DNA of 63,934 nucleotides, the filler included, from Acidimicrobiia bacterium (GTDB taxonomy: Bacteria; Actinomycetota; Acidimicrobiia; Spongiisociales; CAZKJJ01), in NCBI GenBank assembly GCA_046759765.1. It is 6 parts of 6 records of this genome, joined end to end, with 100 filler letters (N's around TTAATTAATTAA, not from the genome) between each part and the next. Parts side by side here need not be neighbours in the genome. Positions count along the whole stretch, not along the records: positions 11,579 to 22,798 come from JBHICV010000072.1; positions 22,899 to 34,040 come from JBHICV010000073.1; 4 more parts are not named here. One strand, written 5' to 3'. A program made the position numbers and the translations under genes. Positions within the stretch are counted from its first letter, which is position 1. Each line of letters starts with the position of its first letter. Below are positions 18,781-30,516 of the stretch, piece by piece. The notes under the pieces are model-generated. The model was not told the origin of the DNA, did not search any database, and saw nothing but the letters and a program-made list of their open reading frames with translations.

Positions 18781-19352
18781 CACTCTTCGCGGCGGTTCCT
18801 CTGAAATGGTTTGGCTTGGCGAAGCGACGACTAGAGGCGTCCCTCGGACAACCGGATCGTGCTCGGCTGGTGGAACGCATCGCCGCTCGGACCGTTGATG
18901 CCGCGTTGGAAGCCGGATTCTCCGTCGGTGTGGTCACCGACAGCCCGGAGGTCGTCGCCTGGTCGGAGGTCCGCGGCGTCGAAACCATCCGAGAGCCTTC
19001 CGACGAGCCTCCTGGTCTGGACCGGGCCGCGCGAGCCGCCGCTAGGCATGCCCACGGACTCGATCTCCCCTGGGCAATCGTGCACGGCGACCTTCCGCTC
19101 GTCACCGGACACGACCTCCGCTCGATATCGGATGAACTTCCCCCCGGAGGTGTGGTCCTCGCTCCTTCCTACGACGGGGGAACCAACGTTCTCGCCGGCT
19201 ACGGCAGCCGCTTTCCCTTTGCCTATGGACCCGGCAGCTTTCGTCGGCATCTCGCCCGAGCCGCCCACTCGCCGATTCGGGTCGTCGTCCGACGTGGACT
19301 CGCACTCGATCTCGATTCGGCCCGGGACCTCAGCACAGCCGGTCTCGCCTAG
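18777..19352 (+). CDS. cofC: 2-phospho-L-lactate/PEP guanylyltransferase (F420 biosynthesis), probable CTG start
   Basis: AAVPLKWFGLAKRRL, GL..A, HGDLP, APSYDGGTN, FAYGPGSFRRH, LALDLDSARDL. Confidence 0.85.
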   Translation: MTLFAAVPLKWFGLAKRRLEASLGQPDRARLVERIAARTVDAALEAGFSVGVVTDSPEVVAWSEVRGVETIREPSDEPPGLDRAARAAARHAHGLDLPWAIVHGDLPLVTGHDLRSISDELPPGGVVLAPSYDGGTNVLAGYGSRFPFAYGPGSFRRHLARAAHSPIRVVVRRGLALDLDSARDLSTAGLA

Positions 19353-19363
19353 AGGTCGGGCGT

Positions 19364-20557
<1,194 letters not shown>

Positions 20558-20617
20558 GGAGCCTCTCTCTCGCCTTCTGAAACCTACCAACGCGAATTTG
20601 CTCGTGCAGGAGGGCCG

Positions 20618-21325
20618 ATGACGGATCGGGTCGCGGTCATTAGCGGCGGCACCGGTGCCCTCGGGACCGCCTTGGCAGCCAGGCTGGCCGCGGGCGGTCA
20701 CCGGCTGGCCGTCACCTACCTGATTCCGGCGGAGGCCGAAGCGTTCGAAGCCAGCCTCGACCTCGATGAGGACAGACTCCTTCTGCGCAGGGTGGACGCC
20801 GGCGACCCGGACCTCGTCGCCGATTTCATGCAAGAAGTAACGGACCGCTTCGGGTCGCTCGAGATTCTCTGCGGACTCGTAGGCGGGTGGGCGGGAGGCC
20901 GCGATGTCGAAGAGACCGACGACGTCCGGTTCGACCGGATGATTGACCTAAACCTGCGCTCAGCCTTCTACGCCGTCCGAGCCGCGGTCCCGCATCTACG
21001 GAAGGCGGGCTGGGGCCGCATCGTGTTGGTCGGAAGCCGTGCCGCCTTCGACACGCCGTCAGGACAGGGAGCCTTCAACGCGGCGAAGGCCGGAGTCGTA
21101 GCACTGGGCAAGACCCTGGCGGAGGAGCTGTCCGACACGGACATCACCGCCAATGTTCTGCTGCCGGCCGTTATCGACACTCCGGCTACCAGAGCTGCTC
21201 TCCCCTACTCGGACTACATCGACTGGCCCACGCCCGACGAGATCGCGGCGGTGGCCGAGTTCCTCGTCTCCGAGGAAGCCGGAGTCATCACGGGGGCGGC
21301 GATTCCCGTCTACGGCCGGGCCTAA
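20618..21325 (+). CDS. SDR family oxidoreductase
   Basis: [13 protein letters not shown] replaces YxxxK; PAVIDTP. Confidence 0.85.
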   Translation: MTDRVAVISGGTGALGTALAARLAAGGHRLAVTYLIPAEAEAFEASLDLDEDRLLLRRVDAGDPDLVADFMQEVTDRFGSLEILCGLVGGWAGGRDVEETDDVRFDRMIDLNLRSAFYAVRAAVPHLRKAGWGRIVLVGSRAAFDTPSGQGAFNAAKAGVVALGKTLAEELSDTDITANVLLPAVIDTPATRAALPYSDYIDWPTPDEIAAVAEFLVSEEAGVITGAAIPVYGRA

Positions 21326-21352
21326 CCGAGATCGAAACAGCTAGCGCAGGAG

Positions 21353-22201
21353 ATGAGCTTGGAGGTCGTTCTCCAGGTTGGAGTTCTGGTCTTTGTACTC
21401 TCGTCGATGCTGGCGATGGGGCTGAGCCTGACCCTCCGTCAGATCATCGAGCCACTCCGCGATGTGCGGCTGGTCGCTGTTGCGCTCCTGGCGAACTTCG
21501 TGGCTGTGCCCCTGCTTGCTGTGGCGATCGACGCGGTCCTGTCGCTCTCCGAAAGCCTATCCGTAGGTCTTCTTCTGATTGCGACCGCGGCCGGAGCCCC
21601 GTTTCTGCCCAAGCTCGCCGAAGTAGCCAAAGGAAACATCGCCTTCTCCGTCGGCCTGATGGTGCTGCTCATGGTCCTGACCGTCATCTACATGCCGCTG
21701 GTGCTTCCAATTCTCATAACCGGCATCGAGATCAATCCTTGGGACATTGCCTCGTCGCTGATCTTTCTCATGCTCCTTCCGCTTGCGATCGGTCTCTTCG
21801 TCAAATGGCGGTACGAATCGATGGCCGACGGATTGCAGCCTGCCATGGCCCAGACATCCACGGTGGCGATAGCCATCCTCTTGGTCGCGGGAGTCATCGC
21901 CAACTTCTCCTCCATCATCGACATCATCGGGACGGGCGGCTTTCTCGCCATCGTCCTGTTTCTGGCGGGTGGCTTCATCTTGGGATACCTGGGAGGATCG
22001 GACCGCGGCACGAGGTCGGTTCTGGGGCTGGGAACCGCGCAACGCAACCTCTCGGCGGCACTGGTCGTCGCCGGGCAGAACTTCTCGGCTGATCCGGACG
22101 TCCTGACCTTCATCATCGTGGCCGGCATTGTGGGCTTGGTGTTGCTCATGCCGCTGGCCGGCGAACTCGGGCGAAGGTCGACCGCGCCAGCCGAGGGCTG
22201 A
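21353..22201 (+). CDS. Bile acid:sodium symporter family transporter
   Basis: SMLAMGLSL, ANF.AVP, AGAPFLPKL, AQRN.SAA; multiple TM helices. Confidence 0.9.
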   Translation: MSLEVVLQVGVLVFVLSSMLAMGLSLTLRQIIEPLRDVRLVAVALLANFVAVPLLAVAIDAVLSLSESLSVGLLLIATAAGAPFLPKLAEVAKGNIAFSVGLMVLLMVLTVIYMPLVLPILITGIEINPWDIASSLIFLMLLPLAIGLFVKWRYESMADGLQPAMAQTSTVAIAILLVAGVIANFSSIIDIIGTGGFLAIVLFLAGGFILGYLGGSDRGTRSVLGLGTAQRNLSAALVVAGQNFSADPDVLTFIIVAGIVGLVLLMPLAGELGRRSTAPAEG

Positions 22202-22265
22202 GCACCCAGCCACGCCCCCGCCAGCACCAACTAGGTTTCAGGCCGAGTCCTGCAAGGAGGTTGAT

Positions 22266-22640
22266 GTGGGCGGGGAAGCGGCCAAATACGCGAGGCTCGT
22301 GGACGTCTGCAAGCGCGGCGACTTCGACGTTATATATGACATGGTTTCCGACGATGTCGAATGGTGGGAGGTCGGTGCCTCAGCGCCCATTCGAGGCAAG
22401 GACAATCTCATCGCCACAGAACGCGAGGAGCTAGCCCAGTGGAGCATCACGCCCAGCGTGCACGACGTGCTGGCCAGCGATGATCACGTAGTGAGCCTGG
22501 TCGAGGCAACGGCCAAGAGGGACGATGCCGTCTTTAACTATCGGACCGTCGAGATCTTTCACGTCGACGACGAGGGCAAGGTCACCCATCGGTGGAGCTT
22601 CGCCGACGATACGCAGGCGGTGAAGGACTTCTTCGCCTAG
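22266..22640 (+). CDS. SnoaL/NTF2-like protein
   Basis: SD AAGGAGG; DDVEW...RGK...HDVLASDDHV...EIFHV..GKV. Confidence 0.85.
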   Translation: MGGEAAKYARLVDVCKRGDFDVIYDMVSDDVEWWEVGASAPIRGKDNLIATEREELAQWSITPSVHDVLASDDHVVSLVEATAKRDDAVFNYRTVEIFHVDDEGKVTHRWSFADDTQAVKDFFA

Positions 22641-22707
22641 CCGCGCGTCAGAATCCGCCCGAGTCGGTTCTAGTAGGCTCGCCGTTCGCCTTTAAGGGGG
22701 AGATTGC

Positions 22708-22798
22708 ATGCCGGACCAACTGCCTGAGCCTTACGGCAGGGAACCACTGAGCACTCATCCGACCGTCGTGAGAGACGCGTCCGCTGAGCTGAAGGAGT
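22708..22798 (+). CDS. N-terminal fragment of an unknown protein
   Basis: SD AAGGGGGAG then ATG; open to the gap (MPDQLPEPYGREP...). Confidence 0.4.
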
Positions 22799-22898
22799 NN
22801 NNNNNNNNNNNNNNNNNNNNNNNNNNNNNNNNNNNNNNNNNNTTAATTAATTAANNNNNNNNNNNNNNNNNNNNNNNNNNNNNNNNNNNNNNNNNNNN
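22799..22898. other. Artificial contig linker
   Basis: N44-TTAATTAATTAA-N44. Confidence 0.99.
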
Positions 22899-23007
22899 TT
22901 CTTCCACGTCGACTTTCTCGAGCAACTCGACGGTGTCACAGTCACGGAAGGAGGACGACCAGTGGAAGAAGCTGGCTCGGACTGTAGAGGTCGCCCACGA
23001 CGTCTAG
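22899..23007 (+). pseudogene. Deletion junction and C-terminal remnant of a MetE-II (YxjH-like) pseudogene that starts at 44992
   Basis: 22899-22953 is identical to 45198-45252; then out-of-frame EDDQWKKLARTVEVAHDV* resembles the family C-terminus (QW.KL..vve.A..vW). Confidence 0.75.
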
Positions 23008-23144
23008 GGCTACGAGCCGGGGTAACCGCCGTCCTACCTATCGAATAGAGGCCTATCAGGGCCTCGGCCTTGCCGTCCAACGCATCATTAAGATCGTTTG
23101 CAGTCACTCTGCGGCGCTTGGCGCCCAACAGACGGAGGTTGAAG

Positions 23145-23945
23145 ATGGATCTTGGGTTGGCAGGACGCACGGCGGTCATCACCGGCGGAAGCATGGGCAT
23201 CGGCAAGGCAATCGCCAGGAGCCTTGCCGCGGAAGGTGTCAATCTCGCTCTGATAGCCCGAGGGAAAGAAGCGCTAGATGAGACCGCCTCCGAGTTAGCC
23301 GACGCCGCGGTCGAAGTGGTTCCGATTCCTGGCGACGTGACCGATGCCGATTCTGTCAACGCGGCCGCCGCACAAGCCACGGAGGCGTTCGGCACGATCA
23401 ACATCCTCGTCAACAGCGCCGGCCACCGGATGCGGCGGATGGACCGCCAGATTCTCTGGGAAGACGAGGACTGGATTTCGGACATCGACATAAAGCTGAT
23501 CGGAATGCTGCGGACCGTCAGGGCATTCATCCCCTCCCTCGCCACCGACGGGTCCGGCCGAGTCATCAACATCAGCGGCGTCGCTGGCCAGACCGTGTGG
23601 CACGGCGCGATGACTCACGGGATCAACAACGCTTCCTTCATCCAGGCAACGAAGTACTTAGCGAAGGACCTGGCGGGAGACACCATCACCGTGAATTCGG
23701 TTTCTCCGGGACTGGTCGCTACCGAGTGGAGGCAGGGCTGGGCCCAGATGATGGCCGACAACCAGTCGGTTACGAAGGAGGATTTCCTTGAGGGATACGT
23801 TCAGCAGCTCGGCATCATGAACGGCCGTTGGGCCGAAATGTCCGAGGTCGCGGACGTCGTCACTTTCCTTGCCTCCGACCGTGCTTCATACATCACCGGA
23901 GCGGTGATCAACGTTGACGGGGGCTTGTCGGCCAACGCCGTCTAG
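23145..23945 (+). CDS. SDR family oxidoreductase
   Basis: MDLGLAGR, TGGSMGIG, LVNSAG, YITGAVINVDGG; HGINN instead of YxxxK. Confidence 0.9.
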   Translation: MDLGLAGRTAVITGGSMGIGKAIARSLAAEGVNLALIARGKEALDETASELADAAVEVVPIPGDVTDADSVNAAAAQATEAFGTINILVNSAGHRMRRMDRQILWEDEDWISDIDIKLIGMLRTVRAFIPSLATDGSGRVINISGVAGQTVWHGAMTHGINNASFIQATKYLAKDLAGDTITVNSVSPGLVATEWRQGWAQMMADNQSVTKEDFLEGYVQQLGIMNGRWAEMSEVADVVTFLASDRASYITGAVINVDGGLSANAV

Positions 23946-23985
23946 CCCCTGCGGCTCGGTCACGCGGAGCTACCCTGCCGGTCCG

Positions 23986-24447
23986 ATGCAGAGCCTCCAG
24001 GACCGACTCGCGCCCAACAACCGGTGTTTCGGGTGTGGGTCGCTCAATGACAAAGGCCTTCAGATCAAGAGCTACGCCGAAGGCGACGAGCTGGTCGCCC
24101 GCTTCCGGCCCGAACCCCACCATGTTGCGTTCGGCCGGGTTCTCAACGGAGGGATCTGTGGCACCTTGCTCGACTGCAACTCCAACTGGGCCGCGGCCTA
24201 TCACCTGATGCAGCGTGACGGCCTCAACGAGCTACCCAGCACCGTCACGGCTGACTTCCATGTGGTGCTCGAGCGCCCCACGCCGGTGGACTCAGAAGTG
24301 ACAGTGCGTTCCCGGGTGGTGTCGGCGGACGGCAACCGAGCGGTGGTGGAAGCCTCGCTTGAAGCAGACGGGACGGTCACGGCCACCTGCCGGGGCACGT
24401 TCGTTGCGGTCGAGGAGGGTCACCCGGCCTTTCATCGCTGGGCCTGA
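23986..24447 (+). CDS. PaaI/hotdog family thioesterase
   Basis: CFGCG..N.KGL, LNGGICGTLLD, PTP, HPAFHRW. Confidence 0.9.
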   Translation: MQSLQDRLAPNNRCFGCGSLNDKGLQIKSYAEGDELVARFRPEPHHVAFGRVLNGGICGTLLDCNSNWAAAYHLMQRDGLNELPSTVTADFHVVLERPTPVDSEVTVRSRVVSADGNRAVVEASLEADGTVTATCRGTFVAVEEGHPAFHRWA

Positions 24448-24451
24448 TGCT

Positions 24452-25663
24452 TCAGGTCCGGCGACCGGACAACGTGTACGTCTCCATCGGGCCCTTCCCC
24501 TTGACGTCGATCGTGCCCACCGGCGCGAAGTGGAACCGATCCTTGGCGGCTCGGAAAACGGCGTCCGTCACCTGAATCTGACCAGCCTCGCCGTGCGACT
24601 CCATGCGGCTGGCCGTGGTCACCGTGTCGCCCCACAGGTCATAGGAGAAGCGAGTCGTGCCGATGATCCCCGCTACGGCGGGGCCGGTATTGATCCCGAT
24701 TCTCAACCGGAGATCCGAGTGGAGGTCCTCGGCAAGACGACCCATGCTCTTTTGCATATCGAGGGCCATCTGACAGGCGACATCGAGATGGTCATCGCGC
24801 GGGATAGGCACCCCCGCCACTGCCATATAACCGTCGCCGAGAGTCTTGATCTTCTGAACGCCGTGACGGTCGGCAAGGCCGTCGAAGGCCGAGAAGATCC
24901 TGTTCAGCTCCTCGACGAGCTCTTGGGCGGAGACCTGCTGAGTGTGACTCGTGAAGCCGACGAGGTCGGCAAACAGGACGCTGCACGCCGGGTAGTCGTC
25001 GGCAATCACCCCCGGATCACGTTTTAGCCGCTCGGCGATCGACTCGGGGAGAACGTTGAGGAGCAGGGACTCGGCGCGCTCCCGCTCGGCGGCCAATCGC
25101 CCCAGGAAGTACACGAGGACCGGAACCACCAGAGTCAGTGTCCCGATGAGAATGTACGGGAAGAGGATGGCCGGAAGAGCGGGATCCGGCGGAGGTCTAC
25201 CGGCCTGCAGAGTCTGCTCCAGGAATCCAAAGACGATGGCGAGTACGCCGTAGAAGACCCCAACCGCAATGGTTCCCGGGCGACGCAGTACGAGCGCCGA
25301 TGAGACAGTGGCGGCGATGCCCCACATGAAGTAGGCGCCGGAATTGGCGTAGCCGCCCATCGCCAGATGCACAAAGGTGTTGTTGGCCATGCTGGCGACC
25401 GCTAGCAACGTGAAAGCTCCCCAGAGGCTGCCCGTAGCGGCAAAGATGACCCACGAGCCGAGATAGGCGGCCGTCAAAGCAACTCCTGCCCACCCACTCG
25501 TTGGCTCGCCCAAGCTGAAGAAAAGAGTGGTGATGAGCGCTGCGTTGACCGCCGCACCCGAGAAACCACCCGTGGCCAGGCGGACGATGGCTCCCGGGTC
25601 CTCGATGGTCTCCGCGGCGCCCGACGCCCTCGTCCGCTGCTCCAACCGATCCCAGAACGTCAT
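24452..25663 (-). CDS. Membrane-bound class III adenylate/guanylate cyclase
   Basis: About 6 TM helices, then LLLNVLP..IA, VLFADLVGFT, KIKTLGDGYM, YDLWGDTV..ASRMES. Confidence 0.92.
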   Translation of the reverse strand: MTFWDRLEQRTRASGAAETIEDPGAIVRLATGGFSGAAVNAALITTLFFSLGEPTSGWAGVALTAAYLGSWVIFAATGSLWGAFTLLAVASMANNTFVHLAMGGYANSGAYFMWGIAATVSSALVLRRPGTIAVGVFYGVLAIVFGFLEQTLQAGRPPPDPALPAILFPYILIGTLTLVVPVLVYFLGRLAAERERAESLLLNVLPESIAERLKRDPGVIADDYPACSVLFADLVGFTSHTQQVSAQELVEELNRIFSAFDGLADRHGVQKIKTLGDGYMAVAGVPIPRDDHLDVACQMALDMQKSMGRLAEDLHSDLRLRIGINTGPAVAGIIGTTRFSYDLWGDTVTTASRMESHGEAGQIQVTDAVFRAAKDRFHFAPVGTIDVKGKGPMETYTLSGRRT

Positions 25664-25727
25664 TCGACTACCTCCACGCCTCACGGGCTAGTGAAGCACG
25701 CCCCCGCGACAGTGACCTGAGGGCAAT

Positions 25728-26246
25728 ATGCTTGGACCGTCAAGGGGGTTCGAGATCGCCAACCGCGAGCAGCCACTGACCAGCGAGGAGATGCTGGCGG
25801 CCGCCCGCCTGGAGGTGGTCGGCGACGAGTCGCCGAGCGAACTGCTGGTGCAAGAGGCCCGACGGAGGTTCGAGGCTGAGCAGCCCGATTCGGTCAGCGA
25901 GGCCATGACCCGAGTCGCGGCACGGGAAAGAGAGCCGGTGGAAGCAGCCACTGCTCTCGAGCGAGAGCTCGAGCAAATGGCAACCACCTCGCGGTCCGAG
26001 CCGCGACCGGGCCTCACCCGACACCCAACCGGCCCGAGGACGAGGCGCACTCAGGCCCCCACGCCAGTGCCGCCCGACCCGTTCGAGCGCCAGCCCAGAG
26101 TCTCCCGCAGACTGCGACGCCTGATCACGCTGGCGGTGGTAGCTGTCATCATCATCATCAATCTGATATCCGACACAGACCTGATAGCCCAGATCGAGGA
26201 CCTTTGGAACGAATTGACCAGAGGCGGATCATCGGGACCTCAGTAG
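25728..26246 (+). CDS. Hypothetical protein with C-terminal TM helix
   Basis: Acidic helical N-terminus, Pro/Arg linker, LITLAVVAVIIIINLI. Confidence 0.6.
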   Translation: MLGPSRGFEIANREQPLTSEEMLAAARLEVVGDESPSELLVQEARRRFEAEQPDSVSEAMTRVAAREREPVEAATALERELEQMATTSRSEPRPGLTRHPTGPRTRRTQAPTPVPPDPFERQPRVSRRLRRLITLAVVAVIIIINLISDTDLIAQIEDLWNELTRGGSSGPQ

Positions 26247-26285
26247 GGCTCTCCTCGATCCAGGAACGGCGCGCCGCTAGCTAGC

Positions 26286-27635
26286 TCATCTCTCAGAGAT
26301 GATTCTGCGCAGGGCATCCACCTGTCTTCGGACATCATCCGCGCTTCCGGCACCTCGGCTCCGGACACGACCGAGCCACCAGGCCAGATCGAGGACCACG
26401 AGGTCCTGCGCCTCGATAGGCGAGCCGGCGAGATCCTGTTCAGTCACCTCGGTGAGTGACCGCCCCTCCTGCTCCAGACGGAGGATCAGCTCCCCGACGG
26501 CGCCGTGAGCCCGGCGATGTGACAATCCACGCCCCACTAGCGCCTCCGCCAAGTCGACTGCCCCGGTCTCGGGAGGCGGTGGAGGGGGCTGGAAGACAAC
26601 GGTCTCCATCAGTGCGGCAAGCACCTGCAGCGTGGCCGCCGCCACCTCGTCGGCGTCGAACACGGCGGGCTTGTCCTCCTGCAAATCCCGGTTGTAAGAG
26701 AGCGGAAGGCCCTTTTGAAGAGCAAGCAAAGCCGTCAAATCGCCGATCACCGGCGCCGTTCTCGCCCGCGCCAGTTCGGGAACGTCCGGATTCCTTTTCT
26801 GAGGCAGCGCGGACGATCCCGTAGCCATTGAATCCGGGAGCTTGATCCATCCAAATTCGCTCGACGCCCAGAGGACGAGGTCTTCGGAAAGGCGAGAAAG
26901 ATGAGCCATAAGCTGAGCGCAGCAGAACACGTACTCAGCGGCGAAATCGCGGGCCGAAACCGCATCCAGCGAATTCTCGAAGGGCACTATGCCCAGGTGG
27001 GCGGCGGTCAGGCTCGGATCGACCGGGAGGCCGCTTCCTCCACCGGCGCCCGCGCCCAACGGCGACACGGCTATGCGTTTTCGAGCTTCCGCGAAGCGCT
27101 CCGCGTCCCGGGTCAACATCCACGCGTAGGCGAGAAGATGGTGGCCAAGGGAAATCTTCTGCGCCGGCTGCAAATGGGTGTATGAAGCCACGACCACATC
27201 GGCCTGCTCGAGGGCGCGTGTGCAGAAAACCTCGATCAGGGTGTCGATCTGGGCTATGCGCTCCTCTGCGGCGCGGCGAAGATAGAGCCGTAGGTCGAGC
27301 GCTATCTGGTCGTTACGGCTCCGGCCCGTATGGAGCATCTCGCCTACTTCACCGACCAACTCGATCAGGCGCCGCTCGACGGCAGTGTGAACGTCCTCGT
27401 CCGTTTCTTTGAAGAGGAACGAATCCTGTTCAGCCTCGTCTCTGATGATGGACAGCCCATCCAGCAGAGCAGCACTCTGTGTGGCCGTCAGGATTCCCAC
27501 CTGACCGAGCATCTCCACGTGCGCGAGCGAGCCTTCGACATCCACCATCAGTAGCCGCCGATCCGTCGAATCGGTTGTGTACGACCAGACGGGGGTAGCC
27601 GGAGTCTCCTTGAATCGCCCGCCCCATAGCGTCAC
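26286..27635 (-). CDS. argH: Argininosuccinate lyase
   Basis: [46 protein letters not shown]. Confidence 0.95.
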   Translation of the reverse strand: MTLWGGRFKETPATPVWSYTTDSTDRRLLMVDVEGSLAHVEMLGQVGILTATQSAALLDGLSIIRDEAEQDSFLFKETDEDVHTAVERRLIELVGEVGEMLHTGRSRNDQIALDLRLYLRRAAEERIAQIDTLIEVFCTRALEQADVVVASYTHLQPAQKISLGHHLLAYAWMLTRDAERFAEARKRIAVSPLGAGAGGGSGLPVDPSLTAAHLGIVPFENSLDAVSARDFAAEYVFCCAQLMAHLSRLSEDLVLWASSEFGWIKLPDSMATGSSALPQKRNPDVPELARARTAPVIGDLTALLALQKGLPLSYNRDLQEDKPAVFDADEVAAATLQVLAALMETVVFQPPPPPPETGAVDLAEALVGRGLSHRRAHGAVGELILRLEQEGRSLTEVTEQDLAGSPIEAQDLVVLDLAWWLGRVRSRGAGSADDVRRQVDALRRIISER

Positions 27636-28840
27636 TCGCCCTCCCCGAGCCGGGCCTCTGCCAACCTTCGCAACCGGAGCGCATTGAGACGAATGAACCC
27701 ACCAGCGTCTGCCTGGTTGTAGACGTCGTCCTCCTCGAAAGTCACTGTGGCCTGGTCGTAGAGGGCGTGGCGGTCCGAACGGCGGCCTTCGGGAGTTACG
27801 GTCCCCTTGAACAGCTTGAGCCGCGCCTCCCCGTTCACCCGCTCCTGCACCTGGTCCATGAAAGCCTGCAGAGCCTCGCGCTCGGGCGAGAACCAGAATC
27901 CGTTGTAGACCATCTCGGCATAGCGTGGGATGAGTTCGTCTCGTAGGTGAGCCACCTCCCTATCCAGGGTGATGGACTCAACGGCCTTGTGAGCATGATG
28001 GAGGATCGTCCCTCCGGGCGTTTCGTACACTCCCCGGCTCTTCATCCCGATGAACCGGTTCTCGACTATGTCGACGCGCCCTATCCCGTGACGACCGCCG
28101 ACATCGTTGAGGGCCAGCAGAACATCAAGGGACTCCATTTTCTTGCCGTTCACGGAAGTCGGGGTTCCGCTCTCGAATCCGATTGTGACCTTCTCCGGCT
28201 CATCGGGGGCGTCGGCCGGATCGTTGGTCATCCTGAACATGCCAGGCGGAGGTGCGATCCACGGATCTTCGAGAACGCCGCCCTCGTAGGAGATGTGGAG
28301 CAGGTTGGCGTCCATCGAGTAAGGGTGCTCGGTGGTTACCGGGACTTCGATTCCTTGCTGCTCGGCATAGGAGACCAGATCCTTTCGCCCTCGGAGGTCC
28401 CATTCGCGCCAGGGTGCGATCAACCTGATATTGGGCTGAAGGGCGTAGGCGGCCAGCTCGAAACGAACCTGATCATTTCCCTTCCCGGTAGCACCGTGGG
28501 CAATGGCGTCGACACCCTCCCGCGCCGCCGCTTCGACGAGACCTTTGGCAATCGCGGGTCGAGCCAGGGAAGTCCCCAATAGGTAGTAGCCCTCGTAGAC
28601 AGCGTTGGCCCGCAACGCAGCCATGACATAGCCGGCGGCGAACTCACCCCTCAGGTCCTCAACCAACGCCTTGACCGCGCCCGTGGCGAGGGCCCGCTTA
28701 CGGGCCTCGGCGATCTCGTCGCCCTGGCCGACGTCGGCCGTGTAGGTGATCACCTCGGCGTCATAGGCGTCCTGCAGCCAGCGGACGATGACAGAGGTGT
28801 CCAAGCCCCCTGAGTAGGCGAGCATGATCCTGCTCTTCAT
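27632..28840 (-). CDS. argG: Argininosuccinate synthase
   Basis: [42 protein letters not shown]. Confidence 0.97.
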   Translation of the reverse strand: MKSRIMLAYSGGLDTSVIVRWLQDAYDAEVITYTADVGQGDEIAEARKRALATGAVKALVEDLRGEFAAGYVMAALRANAVYEGYYLLGTSLARPAIAKGLVEAAAREGVDAIAHGATGKGNDQVRFELAAYALQPNIRLIAPWREWDLRGRKDLVSYAEQQGIEVPVTTEHPYSMDANLLHISYEGGVLEDPWIAPPPGMFRMTNDPADAPDEPEKVTIGFESGTPTSVNGKKMESLDVLLALNDVGGRHGIGRVDIVENRFIGMKSRGVYETPGGTILHHAHKAVESITLDREVAHLRDELIPRYAEMVYNGFWFSPEREALQAFMDQVQERVNGEARLKLFKGTVTPEGRRSDRHALYDQATVTFEEDDVYNQADAGGFIRLNALRLRRLAEARLGEGE

Positions 28841-28841
28841 C

Positions 28842-28879
28842 TCTGCATAATAAGCTCGTAGTTCGCATAAACTGCAAGC
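28842..28879. promoter_or_regulatory. Tandem ARG boxes between divergent argG and argR
   Basis: TGCATAATAAGC (28844) and CGCATAAACTGCA (28864), 20 nt apart, resemble the TGCATA-N-TATGCA ArgR consensus. Confidence 0.65.
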
Positions 28880-28882
28880 GGT

Positions 28883-29362
28883 TTGACAGTGGCCAAGCGC
28901 GAACGACACCGGCTGATCCTGAGGCTCGTGGGGCAACAACAGCTGGGCACGCAGGCCGAACTCACCGAAGCATTGCGCGGCGCCGGAGTCGACGTCGTTC
29001 AGAGCACCGTGTCCCGCGATATTGCCCAGCTCGGGCTGATCAAGGTCCGAAGTGAAGATGGGCGGCTCCTCTACGCCACTCCGGGGACCGTCGACCAGGA
29101 CAAGCTCGGCGATCTGGAGCAGGCGCTTCAGCGCTGGGCCATGACCATCGAAGCAACTGGCAACTTGGTGGTCATCACGACACCGTCGGGATTCGCGGAT
29201 CCTCTGGCGCAGGCGATCGATGAGTGCAACCACCCGATGGTGTTGGGCACCATCGCAGGCGAGAACACGATCTTCGTGGCTGCCACCGCGGGAACATCAG
29301 GTGAGGAGCTACGCGACGTTTTTGTGGCCGGCAGACAGAGCGGACCGGCAGGAACAGGCTGA
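28883..29362 (+). CDS. argR: Arginine repressor
   Basis: TQAEL...[23 protein letters not shown]. Confidence 0.95.
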   Translation: MTVAKRERHRLILRLVGQQQLGTQAELTEALRGAGVDVVQSTVSRDIAQLGLIKVRSEDGRLLYATPGTVDQDKLGDLEQALQRWAMTIEATGNLVVITTPSGFADPLAQAIDECNHPMVLGTIAGENTIFVAATAGTSGEELRDVFVAGRQSGPAGTG

Positions 29363-29364
29363 GT

Positions 29365-29388
29365 AGCCATTGAGGCGCAATGGCTTTC
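29365..29388 (+). terminator. Hairpin after argR
   Basis: AGCCATTG-AGGCG-CAATGGCT followed by TTCC. Confidence 0.6.
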
Positions 29389-29498
29389 CTGGGCGTGAAG
29401 GTCGACGTGTACCTTGCATCGGTATTTCCTCGCATGGCAGGCTCCCATGCGAAGGACCATGGCTTGGCTTCTGTGAGTGTTAGAGCGAAGGGAAGGTG

Positions 29499-30512
29499 AT
29501 GAGCGATCCCAGCCGGTTCGGCGTATTCCTACCGTCCTTCATCTGGCAAGACGACGGTCCCGAACGGGCCAAGGGAATCGTCGACTTCGCCCGACAGGTG
29601 GAGGACCTGGGTTTCGATTCGATCTTCATTACCGATCACTTGCTGGCGGCGCAACAGTTCTACTCAGTGTCTTTCCTCGAGCCCGTCTCGACTCTCTCTT
29701 TCGTGGCCTCCGTTACGAGCCGCGTCAAGCTCGGCACCTCTGTCATGGTCCTCCCGATCCGGGAGCCGGTGCTCCTCGCCAAGCAGCTGGCCACACTCCA
29801 ATTCCTCTCTGGAGGTCGGATGGTGCTGGGAGCGGGAATCGGCTGGTACCCGCCTGAGTATGCGGCTGCCGGAGTCCGTAAGTCGGAGCGCGGGGCTCGC
29901 ACCGACGAGATCCTGGAAATCGTCGTGCCACTGCTCGAGGGCAGGACAGTCTCGTACGAGGGCAGCTATTACTCGATCGAGAACGTTGAGATCGAACCCC
30001 ATGTCGGTCAGCCGCCGCGGGTGTGGATCGGGGGCGGCTCCCAATTGGCCGATCCCGGATCACCCGAGTTGCCGCGGTTTGCGGAGGCAGTGAAGGCCAG
30101 GATTCTCAAGGCCGACGGCTGGATCCCGCGCCCGACCTGTCCTCCAGAGGACATCGCTTCGGACTGGGTAGAGCTCAAGGACTACTTCGAGGCCAATGGC
30201 AGGGATCCGGCGACGCTGACGATCGCACACGAGAACTTCGTTCACGTCGTGCTGACCCAGGATCCCCAGCGAGCCCGTCGTGAGCAACACGAGGCCTTCC
30301 TCCGAGTGATGAGCGACGCCCGTGGCCCTGAATACCTCGAGAAGGTCTATTTATTCGGCACTCCGGATGAGATCGTCGAGTCGTTGCAGGCTCGCGCCGA
30401 CGCCGGAGTGCAGAGGTTCATACTCCACACCATGACACCCGACCCCCGGCAGCTCGAGAGCTGGGTTTCAGAGATCGTGCCGTACGTGCGATTCCGGGAC
30501 GAGGATCCATGA
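29499..30512 (+). CDS. LLM class (luciferase-like) flavin/F420-dependent oxidoreductase
   Basis: EDLGFDS..ITDH, KLGTSV.VLP.REP, LSGGR.VLG.GIGW. Confidence 0.9.
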   Translation: MSDPSRFGVFLPSFIWQDDGPERAKGIVDFARQVEDLGFDSIFITDHLLAAQQFYSVSFLEPVSTLSFVASVTSRVKLGTSVMVLPIREPVLLAKQLATLQFLSGGRMVLGAGIGWYPPEYAAAGVRKSERGARTDEILEIVVPLLEGRTVSYEGSYYSIENVEIEPHVGQPPRVWIGGGSQLADPGSPELPRFAEAVKARILKADGWIPRPTCPPEDIASDWVELKDYFEANGRDPATLTIAHENFVHVVLTQDPQRARREQHEAFLRVMSDARGPEYLEKVYLFGTPDEIVESLQARADAGVQRFILHTMTPDPRQLESWVSEIVPYVRFRDEDP

Positions 30513-30516
30513 GTCG

